A stretch of DNA of 64,000 nt, taken from contig NC_134474.1 in the NCBI RefSeq assembly GCF_964194025.1, forward strand, positions 1,178,001-1,242,000, read 5' to 3'. Position numbers and translations under genes: made by a program. Position 1 is the stretch's first letter, and every line of letters starts with the position of its first letter. Under the pieces are notes generated by a model. The model was not told the origin of the DNA. It saw nothing but the letters and a program-made list of their open reading frames with translations, and made no database searches. This DNA comes from Convolutriloba macropyga (Eukaryota). Positions 11,590 through 22,700 of this stretch are shown here, one piece after another.

Positions 11590-11864
11590 AGTTTGGGATT
11601 TGGCAAAATATAACCAACTAGACTCGAAAGCAGTGCAATCCAAATTGACTTCTCCTCACAACTTCCCGATATCAAGAACAGCATGGCGAAACAAAGACTG
11701 ATCATGAGCACTATAATATTCACTTGAACAAAGAATATGATCTCTGATCGAGGGACTATGGTGTTGGAACAGCACCACCATGGGGGTTTCTCTCGGTTTC
11801 CATCATCGAAAAGCAAGTTTGTAATACCCCCATCAAATTCATCTCTTACAACTCGGTTTGTCAT
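11586..11864 (-). CDS. Small two-TM membrane protein
   Basis: Two hydrophobic segments ending in LVGYILPNPKL; first gene of the cassette. Confidence 0.7.
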   Translation of the reverse strand: MTNRVVRDEFDGGITNLLFDDGNREKPPWWCCSNTIVPRSEIIFFVQVNIIVLMISLCFAMLFLISGSCEEKSIWIALLSSLVGYILPNPKL

Positions 11865-12210
11865 TTTTCAAATCAATACTGGGCTAGTGTTTTGAAATGT
11901 GTAAAACGGTAAAATAACTAATTTTTCTGAAATGGCTTCCTATTGTAGCTCGAATGTGACTGGTTGGTTTAGTATACTTTACATGTACTCATTGCGCGCA
12001 AAGCACTTTGAAGCTAATAAAATATGAGGGGACATTTTTTCATAGTTTGAAATTCCAAAATGCCCCCATCTGTAGTTCGAAGCCAGAATATATACATGTT
12101 TACTGCAAAGTACATATTTACTACATATGTACCTACAACCAATTTAATATGTAAAGTAAGCGTACATAACGGGTCCAGAATATATATGAATATAACCTCA
12201 TAGATTTTAT

Positions 12211-12291
12211 ACTCCTTTGGCCCAGTGGTACAAGATCGGCTTCCCATGCACTAGATCCGGGTTCGAATCCCACCGGGTCGAAGATCCTTTT
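12211..12291 (+). ncRNA. tRNA(Gly-CCC)-derived Pol III unit (pseudo-tRNA or SINE-head-like)
   Basis: A box TGGCCCAGTGG 12218-12228, TTCCCAT loop, B box GGTTCGAATCC 12260-12270, TTTT 12288-12291. Acceptor and anticodon stems do not pair properly. Confidence 0.7.
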
Positions 12292-12657
12292 CTCAAATGT
12301 CCCATCTATCCTTGCATACATGATTATTCCCCATCTTAAAACATGTAATGTCACCCCCCTCCCCCGTAGTAGTCACTCAAATGTCCCATCTATCCTTGCA
12401 TACATGATTATTCCCTATCTTAAAACATGTAATGCCCCCCGTAGTAGTCACTACACAGCTATGTATACTAAGATCCTTTTCTCAAATGTCCCATCTATCC
12501 TTGCATACATGATTATTCCCCATCTTAAAACATGTAATGTCCCCCCCCCGTAGTAGTCACTCAAATGTCCCATATATCCTTGCATACATGATTATTCCCT
12601 ATCTTAAAACATGTAATGTCCCCCCGTAGTAGTCACTACACAGCTATGTATACTACT
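12281..12657. repeat. Terminal tandem repeats of element A: 2 x ~188 bp, each made of two ~77-bp subunits
   Basis: AAGATCCTTTTCTCAAATGTCCC at 12281 and 12470; CAAATGTCCCAT...CCCCGTAGTAGTCACT four times. Confidence 0.9.
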
Positions 12658-13243
12658 GCTGTTTTCGGGGTCGAGCCAGCTCTTTCGCAGTCTTCAAACT
12701 TGTATATCTTACGAAAACTCCCCGGACATTGATCCTGTTCCAGCTCCGTCACATTCAAGAAGTCATGTTTTCGTAGTGTGAAGTTTGTTGTCGTAAGTTA
12801 TTGTCAGATGTTTCCACACCTGGTTTCTCTTAAAATTGATATTGGTGACTACCTTCTCATATGAAACACTTCAATATGCCAGCCTTCTTTTTAATTTATT
12901 GCTTAATTGGAAACAGCTAGGGCTCATCGGACTGTTTCTTTGTCTCTAGGAAAGATTTTTGTTGCAATAAACTTTGCGAGGAAAAAACAGTTGGCAGAGA
13001 ACGATTAGGACTACTGAAAAGGAAAATTATCTGTATTTAACTTACTTTTTTCTAAAGTAGCAAAATTACCCATCCCTATTCTGGCGAGTGAAGTCATTTC
13101 GGAGGAAAAATAAGTTTTCCCTTAATTGTGTTAGGAAAAAGAAATACTCAAGAATGACAGGTTGTGAAAGCTTTTTTTTAGAGATTTACAGGACAGATCT
13201 TACTAAACAATGCAGATGGTGGGTTAAATTTGTAGGATGAAAA

Positions 13244-13412
13244 NNNNNNNNNNNNNNNNNNNNNNNNNNNNNNNNNNNNNNNNNNNNNNNNNNNNNNNNN
13301 NNNNNNNNNNNNNNNNNNNNNNNNNNNNNNNNNNNNNNNNNNNNNNNNNNNNNNNNNNNNNNNNNNNNNNNNNNNNNNNNNNNNNNNNNNNNNNNNNNNN
13401 NNNNNNNNNNNN
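13244..13412. other. Assembly gap (N run)
   Basis: Run of n bases. Confidence 1.
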
Positions 13413-14976
13413 TTATATCAAGATTAGAATCTAATCATCGCTTGTTAATTTACAATGGGCGCCCTAAGTCAGGTAAAAAAGTTAAATGTATTCAAAATCC
13501 ATTTGATCTTTTGCTGGAGATCTCTTGACAATATTTTTAATTGAATGTGGGGATGCGGAAGTTAAACAAAAGATAAAGACTTACAGATAAAAAACATCTA
13601 AATCATAAGAAATGAATAAAATATCAATTTTTGCCGGCTAAACTCAGCTTTGTTCAATTCAAAGACTTGTTTACTTTAATCAACTGCACTTGAAATTTCC
13701 TTGGTAATTTAAAACTTACAATTTTGTCAACATTAAGTCGCAAACATGATTTCTATCAGTTCAATTAACGTCTTCTTACATCAATTTATCGTTCTGAAAA
13801 CTTTGATGGAAAAAACACTGACAGCCACTGATGGACACAAATTCGTCAGCGGAAGAATCGCTTTTAATTGTGCACATAATGTACTGAACTTTCAAAACTG
13901 TTTATTACATAACTTCATCAATTGACAACACATTAGGTGATTAGTTTGGTAAGAATTTCAGAATAGAAATTTTTTTCCAGAACCTGTCAGTTCCTCTCAG
14001 CGCCTGTCAAACATGGTCTGTCTATTCATGGAAGGCGTGATTTTTCCTTGTCTTTTGTTACTTTTTCACACACAGAAGCGGCAAATGAACAGGACAAAAC
14101 GGTATTGCGCCAGAGATTGTTTACAATTCTGCAGATAAAGCAGTTATCCAGTTATCGCAGCTGAAGATAATTGTCACATAATTTCATCAGTATACAAAGC
14201 TATCACATAATAATCAGAATCTGTGGTTTCCTCGAGTAAGTTTTAAATTTCTCATGGAATTTCCCGTGCCGCCCTAGTGAAACGGAAAAATTGGTTCATT
14301 TTTTGTCATAAGTGTTTCTACAACTCCTAACAAAATTGAGCTAATTGGTTCAAAATGGTGAAACCTTATATGATTAAAAACGCTCTGCTATTCACCTCTA
14401 CTTGCGGTATCCCACTACAAAGAGGATTTTTGGAAACCAAAAAGAGAAAAGTTTTTTTTGAGAAAAGTTGGAATTCTGTAAAGAAAACGTTTGAGAAATC
14501 TGGTGTTTTGGCCAGAATTCAAAACTAATGCAGAATTTTTCAGTTGGAGAGTACGCATGTCAAAAGAGACTTCCAAAATCCTTTAGTGGTCATTGTTATT
14601 GTTTATAAAAGAGCAAATGTTTATAAGAGATCAAATTTTCTGCTTCGGTAGGGAAAAACTATTTATTCGCTTTGAAGACGCTTAAAGTTTTCGGAAAACA
14701 AGAGCGATTATTATTTTTTATCACTATTATAGCAGTTTGATTCAAAATAAGAAAAGTACATTGCCCAGGTTAGAACTACCACACAAAAAGATATTTTCAT
14801 TAATAACCATGGATGGTTTCAGCGAATATAGTGTTAAAATTCAGAAAAATACAACCCACCACCTACTAGCCCCTATCTCTTACCGCTGATGGCAAAGCAT
14901 ATTAATTGAACTACTACCGTCCTCGTAGTAGTCGTTCGTGTAGCTTCGCATCTCCAACACAGTCGTCAGTTTAATC

Positions 14977-16105
14977 AATTGTGCAGACTATACATCACAA
15001 GTCAAATGAGACTACTGTCAATTCAAGTGGAGTTTCGAAGAACATATGAGTACACGGGAGGAAGTAGTATAATCACAGCAGTGCTTTTCAAAATTGATGG
15101 CATTGAGCTAGTTAATTTCCTATAATACCTGGTGTTGGAAAAAAAGCGAGAAATCTCATGTTGGTTGAAGTTTCTGCAATTAAATATATCAAAATTAATT
15201 ACTTCCCTGGCTGTTGTCATTATTTGAAATAAGTTGTCTTTGTGTTTGGATCTTCTTTAATCATTCATCTTTTTATGATTTGTTTGCTGGAGGTGCAGAA
15301 TAGAGTGATGACGGAGTATTGCTTTATGAACACCTCTTTGCTCCTTAACTCGTCCATTAGATCAGAATAATTTATTGTGACAGTGATAAAATGAGTGGTT
15401 TGTGTGTTGATAGTCAACCTGATTCGGAGGATAGAGCTGTCAGATGGGAAAAGTGTGATGAAATCAGTGGGGTGGATTAGAAAACACGAACACATGGATG
15501 TGAGTAAAAACAATTCTCACTCCCTCCCTCTCTTTCTCCTTCTCAGATGTGTCAGCTGAAACAAAATAGTCAATTTGAAATGGAGTTAGATGGAAATAAA
15601 GTAGAAAAAGATTCATTTGATTTTTAAAATGAGCAATGTGATTTTGGGGGTGCATAAACACTATACTGAGATTAGCAAGTTGAGACAATGTTGAGAAGTT
15701 ACGAGTTGAATTGAAGTGTGATGCTTTATCGCCTCCATCTCTGCATCTACCATATATTTATTTTGAATTAGACGCATGGATGGTTAAGACGAACTCCTCA
15801 TGGTGCAAATTGATGTGAGTCAACTGAGTAATTCAACTGTTTCCTTTCACCCCTTGAGGGCTCCAGTGCATTTTCATGATTAAATGTGAATAAACTAATG
15901 CAGTTCCACTAAAAATGATTTACATGGGCTGGTGAGAGGTGACAATAGCCGTTACAACTAATAAATTCCATTATAAGAACTTGAATATCACACCTGGCTA
16001 TTCCCCATCAGCACACTCCAAAAATATACACTTTTTATTTCTTAATAAAAATACCCTTATAATTATTTGCCATGTAAGTCAACTTTTTGATAATCAAATG
16101 AGTCC
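14977..16105. repeat. Copy 1 of a ~1.13-kb duplicated segment (copy 2 at 19435-20562)
   Basis: AATTGTGCAGACTA...CAAATGA(G/A)TCC is collinear in both copies with scattered differences. Confidence 0.9.
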
Positions 16106-19100
16106 TGTCATACGGTATGGATAAAACATCATATATCCATAACCGTATTTAGTTCAGTTTCATCCATTTGAAGGGCAAGTGCTTGTGTTAATTAGTTTAG
16201 ATTCAGTTCATCCAAATATTCATCACTTCTTGCCTGTTCATGCTGTCTGTACAGGAAATTGTCTGTTCAACTTATAAACAAATCTTGCAGTTCCTTCCTG
16301 TCTTGTGATCATGTTATGAACAAAACTTCCATTTCCTAAATTGTACTTATTTTAATCATTCTCTCATTTGCATTGCTGAAAATCAGTTCTAATACAAATC
16401 TAGTATTCCGCTTCTCATTTGGACTCAGTTGAATAGAATAGTGCCAATCGCACCGCGATTGACTAAGCTGACAACTATAGAATCTAATTGTAATAATTGA
16501 ATTGCCATTTGTGGCGCAATTGCCGAAACTGATTTGGGCTATAAGCATTCGCGACACGATTGGAGCAATCTGTCGTATTTGAGTATAACGTGGCGCAGTC
16601 AGCAGCTGAATCAAAGAAGACGCCTCTCCATGTAGATGCATTTTGGGAGAAGCCTGCTGCCACTCCCTCATTGACGTGGGAAAAATGGACTCAACAGTGG
16701 AAGCTAGCCTTGCTAGCAAAAGAGGGAATTCAACTAGACAACCTCCTAAACGATCCTCCAACAGCGTTAACGTACCCACCCGAGCCAACTTCGAGGAACC
16801 AGTAGAAAACCATACACAAGCGACGGAAAGAGATGGAAAAATCCGAAATCAACAACTCAAGGTAATTTGGAAAAATCGCTGCACAAAAATCGAGGAAATA
16901 GGAATCTTATGCGGAGATAAACTTTGATAATCTGTGAGCAAAAATTGATATCTTTGTTGTATTTGAGCATTGGGACGGAGGGACGACGTATCTTTAAAAG
17001 CAAACATCCCACTCCAATTTTACGCAAAACAAGCGAACGACAGCTAACTATAAGCGACACGTCTGACTCTGATACGTCGTCCGTGAGAAGGAGCAAAAGG
17101 ACTCTTAAATAAAAGAAATCACCGCAGTCGTTGGTGGAGAAAATCCGAAATACAGAAGAATACTCAACGGAAATGCCTGATTCTAATACTGAATTTATTG
17201 GACAAGTATCGCCATGAGACACTAATGAAAGGTGGATAGCAGACCAAAACCCAAATCTCCCAAGGGAAATGACGGTATCACAAGCCGAAAATGAAGAGAA
17301 CTCAGAATCTGATTAGAAAACTTACTGAAACTTTATGAACTCTTTATATTTTAAATATTTTTTAATATTTTATTATTTATGTAACCGGTGAATGCTTATT
17401 AATTTTCTGACTTTATATACTAATTTTCTTTTCTCGACAAGGGGAAATGTCATACGGTATGGATAAATCATCATATATCCATAACCGTATTTAGTTCAGT
17501 TTTATCCATTTGAAGGGCAAGTGCTTGCGTTATTTAGTTTAGTTTCAGTTCATCCAAATATTCATCACTTCTTGTCTGTTCATGCTGTCTCTACAGGAAA
17601 TTGTCTGTTCAACTTATAAACAAATCTTGCAGTTCCTTCCTGTCTTGTGATCATGTTATGAACAAAATTTCCATTTCCTAAATTGTACTTATTTTAATCA
17701 TTCTCTCATTTGCATTAATGAAAATCAGTTCTAATACAAATCTAGTATTCCGCTTCTCATTTGGACTCAGTTGAATAGAATAGTGCCAATCGCACCACGA
17801 TTGACTAAGCTGACAACTATAGAACCTAATTGTAATAAATGAATTGCTGTTTGTGGCGCAATTGCCGAAACTGATTTGGGCTATAAGCATTTGCGACACG
17901 ATTGGAGCAATCTGTCGTATTTGGGTATAACGTGGCGCAGTCAGCAGCTGAATCAAAGAAGACGCCTCTCCATGTAGATGCATTTTGGGAGAAGCCTACT
18001 GCCACTCCCTCATTGACGTGGGAAAATTGGACTCAACAGTGGAAGCTAGCCTTGCTAGCAAAAGAGGGAATTCAACTACACAACCTCCTAAACGATCCTC
18101 CAACAGCGTTAACGTACCCACCCGAGCCAACTTACGAGGAACCATTAGAAAACCATACACAAGCGACGAAAAGAGATGGAAAAATCCGAAATCAACAACT
18201 CAAGGTAAATTGGAAAAATCGCTGCACAAAAATCGAGGAAATAGGAATCTTATGCGGAGATAAACTTTGATAATCTGTGAGCAAAAATTGATATCTTTGT
18301 TGTATTTGAGCATTGGGACGGAGGGACGACGTATCTTTAAAAGCAAACATCCCACTCCAATTTTACGCAAAACAAGCGAACGACAGCTAACTATAAGCGA
18401 CACGTCTGACTCTGATACGTCGTCCGTGAGAAAGAGCAAAAGGACTCTTAAATAAAAGAAATCAACGCAGTCGTTGGTGGAGAAAATCCGAAATACAGAA
18501 GAATACTCAACGGAAATGCCTGATTCTAATACTGAATTTATTGGACAAGTATCGCCACGAGACACTAATGAAAGGTGGATAGCAGACCCAAACCCAAATC
18601 TCCCAAGGGAAATGACGGTATCACAAACCGAAAATGAAGAGAACTCAGAATCTGATTAAAAAACTTACTGAAACTTTATGAACTCTTTATATTTTAAATA
18701 TTTTTTTAATATTTTATTATTTATGTAACCGGTGAATACTTATTAATTTTCTGACTTATATACTAATTTTCTTTTTCCCGACAAGGGGAAATGTCATACG
18801 GTATGGATGAATCATCCTATATCCATAACCGTGTTTAGTTCAGTTTTATCCATTTGAAGGGCAAGTGCTTGTGTTATTTAGTTTAGTTTCAGTTCATCCA
18901 AATATTCATCACTACTTGTCTGTTCATGCTGTCTGTGCAGGAAATTGTCTGTTCAACTTATAAACAAACTTTGCAGTTCCTTGCTGTCTTGTGATCATGT
19001 TATGAACAAAACTTCCATTTCCTAATTTGTACTAATTTTAATCATTCTCTCATTTTCACTGCTGAAAATCAGTTCTAATTCAAATCTAGTAATGCGCTTC

Positions 19101-19434
19101 TCATTTGGACTCAGTTGAATAGAATAGTGCCAATCGCACCGCGATTGACTAAGCTGACAATTAGAGAATCTAATTGTAATAATTGAATTGCCATTTGTGG
19201 CGCAATTGCCGAAACTGATTTGGGCTATAAGCATTCGCGACACGATTGGAGCAATCTGTCGTATTTGAGTATAACGTGGCGCAGTCAGCAGCTGAATCAA
19301 AGAAGACGCCTCTCCATGTAGATGCATTTTGGGAGAAGCCTACTGCCACTCCCTCATTGACGTGAGAAAAATGGACCCAACAGTGGAAGCTAGCCTTGCT
19401 AGCAAAAGAAGGAAATCAACTAGACAACCTCCTA
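16106..19434 (+). mobile_element. Tandem array of an internally deleted Gypsy-like LTR element (LTR-int-LTR-int-LTR-partial int)
   Basis: 485-bp LTRs at 16106-16590, 17448-17932 and 18792-19276 (TGTCATAC...GTATAACG). PBS TGGCGCAGTC follows each; PPT AAGGGGAAA precedes LTR2 and LTR3. gag-like fragment FWEKP...WEKWTQQWKLALLAKEGI. Confidence 0.88.
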
Positions 19435-20562
19435 AATTGTGCAGACTACACATCACAAGTCAAATGAGACTACTGTCAATTCAAGTGGAGTTTGGAAGAA
19501 CATACGAGTACACGGGAGGAAGTAGTATAATCACAGCAGCGCTTTTCAAAATTGATGGCATTGAGCTAGTTAATTTCCTGTAATACCTGCTGTTGGAAAA
19601 AAAGCGAGAAATCTCATGTTGATTGAAGTTTTTGCAATTAAATATATCAAAATTAATTACTCCCCAGGCTGTTGTCATATTTGACATAAGTTGTCTTTGT
19701 GTTTTGATCTTCTTGTATCATTCATCTGTTTATGATTTGTTTGCTCGACGTGCAGAATAGAGTGATGATGAGGTATTGCTTTATGAACACCTCCTTGCTC
19801 CTTAACTCGTCCATTAGATCAGAACAATTTATTGTGACAGAGTCATAAAATGAGTGGTTTGTGTGTGTTGACAGTCAACCTGATTCGGAGGATAGAGCTG
19901 TCAGATGGGAAAAGTGTGATGAAATCAGTGGGGTGGATTAGAAAACACGAACACATGGATGTGAGTAAAAACAATTCTCACTCCCTCCCTCTCTTTCTCC
20001 TTCTCAGATGTGTCAGCTGAAACAAAATAGTCAATTTGAAATGGAGTTAGATGGAAATAAAGTAGAAAAAGATTCATTTGATTTTTAAAATGAGCAATGT
20101 GATTTTGGGGGTGCATAAACACTATACTGAAATTAGCAAGTTGAGACAATGTTGAGATATTAAGAGTTGAATTGAAGTGTGATGCTTTATCGCCTCCATC
20201 TCTGCATCTATCATATTTGTTTTTGAATTAGACGCATGGACGGTTAAGACGAATTCCCCATAGTGCAAGTTGAAATGCATCTTCTGAGAAATGTAACTGT
20301 TTCCTGTCACCCCTTGAGGGCTCGAGGGCATTTTCACGATTAAATGTGAACAAACTAATGCATTTCCACTTGATTTACATGGGCTGGTGAGAACTGACTC
20401 TAGTCGTTACAACTATTAAATTCCATTATAAGAACTTGTCAATCACAACTGGCTATTCCCCATCAGCACACTCCAAAAAATAGTCACTTTTTATTTTTTA
20501 AATAACAACTCCTTGTAATTACTTACCCAGTAAGACAAGTTTCTTGACACTCAAATGAATCC
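19435..20562. repeat. Copy 2 of the ~1.13-kb duplicated segment, lacking the LTR insertion at its end
   Basis: Matches 14977-16105; continues TTTCAAGCG where copy 1 continues into the LTR. Confidence 0.88.
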
Positions 20563-21074
20563 TTTCAAGCGATTTTTTCTACCCATAAATATTTTATCTG
20601 ATCATCATTTTTTGTGATCTGAAATCCGGATGATGGGATGAACTGGTATTGCACGGAAGGTATAATAGTGGGCAGTTCTGTATAAGTAATAATGGTCTCT
20701 AAGTGTTAAAAAAACAAATTTCAAGCACTGATCAGTCAAAATTCAAATTTTGCTGTTTTCACGTTTTAGGTAACTATATGCTAGAATTTTTGACCATTAA
20801 GTCAAATATTTTTGTGGCAAATCAACTTTAACTTTTTTTTCGCTCTCTTGAGGTTGGGCACTAAACGGGCAAATAAAGAGCGATATGAAAATGAAAAAAA
20901 AGAATAAATTCACCAAACAAACAATGTTGCCAATTCCAGGTATAATCCATATACCCATATGTAATTTGAATAAAAAGACACATAAACCACACTACCAAAG
21001 CAGGCGCTCGAAAAATCTTAAAAAAGGTAGCTTATCAGCAACAACAAAAGAACAAGAGCGGACACTGAGCGGAT

Positions 21075-22700
21075 GAAGTTGACGTGGGCCGTTTTCACTT
21101 CAACTAATCTGTTGTTTTCATCTCAAGGATGTTCATGTCAAGGACCAGTTGTTCCACTCATCCCAGAGGCCAAAAACCACGCTCGGTGAAGTGTTTCAGG
21201 TTTCAAACGACATCATTGACCTTGAGCTACTTCCCATTTTGGGATCCATTGTAACGGATTTGTCAAATTCGCTTGATAATCCCGAACCAGTCTTCTTCAA
21301 TTGTTGCTGAGGAATTGATGCATGTCTTCAATGTTGGCTGGCTTGGTTGACCGCAAGATACCAGTTGTAAGAAAATTGAAAACCGCTGGAGCACAAAATG
21401 GTTCGGCATTAAACGTGCTTCATTTTCCAGGGCCGAGCCATTCGCAAGAGGTCTGAATTTCACAACAGCTTCTGCTTCAACCATGTTTGATTAGAACACG
21501 TCGAAAGAGAGTCTCTTCACCCAATTATGATCAGGAACGTCAATTTGATGCTCTGGAATAACCACACCCAAGCTCAACCAAAGGTCCAAAAGCTGGATTT
21601 AACAGTCATTTGGTGCTAAGCGATGCAAGAGCTTGTGAATGTTATCTTCAGAAATCTTCTTGAGGTCTTACCAGCAAAAAAGAAAAAGCCGCAGTGCTTC
21701 TGAAACTGATCTTTTTTCTCTTTAATTTAAAAGGTGTCAAAAAGTTTAGAGCGCAGTTTTGCAGAGGCAAAATATTTGCAACCATAACGCGATGTCATAT
21801 TATTTTCGATGTTTTGCGGTAAGAAACGGTGGCGAAGAAGGCATTAGGAACTATTAATCTCAAGTGTTTTGCAGAAACCAATTAAGTAGCACCCTTGCTG
21901 TACAAATGCTTCAGTTGCTTCCGTTCCTTAATGTGCACAGTTATCACGAGCAAGTTCAAAACACAAGCAGTAGAAGAGGTCCTTGGCATGAAGTAGTATT
22001 GGTCCTTTGGTGAAATCAAGTTCACTGGGAGCAAAATATGGCCTTGCTCAGGCTCTTAGTATACCGTTCTTATCCAACACGGGACTTAATGACATGCATT
22101 TGCGTTTTGAGATATTGGCTATGTTTGAGCAATTCTGTCGCGGACAGGAAGTTGTTGCCTTCGGAAAATTTTTATCAAAAAAAATGTTGATATTCCAATA
22201 ACTTATATGATGTACTGATGAGGTACTAGTAGCTGGCAATAACGATATTCTGTGCACTTTGAAAAACATTTAATACCAACTATTGGTGTGATAGTTTTTG
22301 CCGTTGATTGTGTTCTCGTGACACAAACAGGCAAATGCTTCAACAACAAACGACATCGGCAGAAAGAAAATCTTGTCTTAAACCATTTCTGTTCGATTTG
22401 TTTAAGTTCTGAACAACGCATGCCATCATCAGCTAGATTCCTGTTAGTCGCGATACGATACCAATTTTCAGTTTGGCTTCTTGTTTGTTTTTCTGCAATG
22501 CAGTTTGCAACAAACATTGGTTTATTTTTTGAGGAATCAATGCAGTCAAGTACAGCTTGAATATTAGTCCCTTGAAAAAATTTGCTGGGATCAACGTTGC
22601 TGGTTCAGCGGCTTTGCTATGGATACTACACTGTTTTGACAAATTTTTTTGTGGTGTTTTGAACAAGATCCACTGCAGGGCTTTGAGAAACCGGAATGAC
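21075..22700 (-). mobile_element. Highly decayed BEL/Pao pol remnant (RNase H-integrase)
   Basis: FVAN...W.RI..NRNLADDG, LSPVLDKNGILR and LMPNHFVL fragments. Boundaries approximate; may extend to ~24200. Confidence 0.6.

Larger units (their letters stand above)
1..12657 (-). mobile_element. Maverick/Polinton (adintovirus-like) element A, decayed; left end lies outside the window
   Basis: Carries pPolB, adenain-like protease, MCP, penton, rve integrase and packaging ATPase, all on -. Right end is ...TATACTACT (ACTACT 12652-12657 = reverse complement of the canonical AGTAGT terminus). Many stops and frameshifts. Confidence 0.93.

Noticed and set aside
12211-12283. Functional tRNA-Gly(CCC)
   Set aside because: Acceptor and anticodon stems do not pair; kept only as a tRNA-derived Pol III unit.
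13237-13434. ORF spanning X residues
   Set aside because: Artefact of the N gap.
14910-14932. ACTACTAC...GTAGTAGT hairpin resembling joined Polinton ends
   Set aside because: Only 8-bp arms, and no TIR similarity or Polinton genes adjacent.
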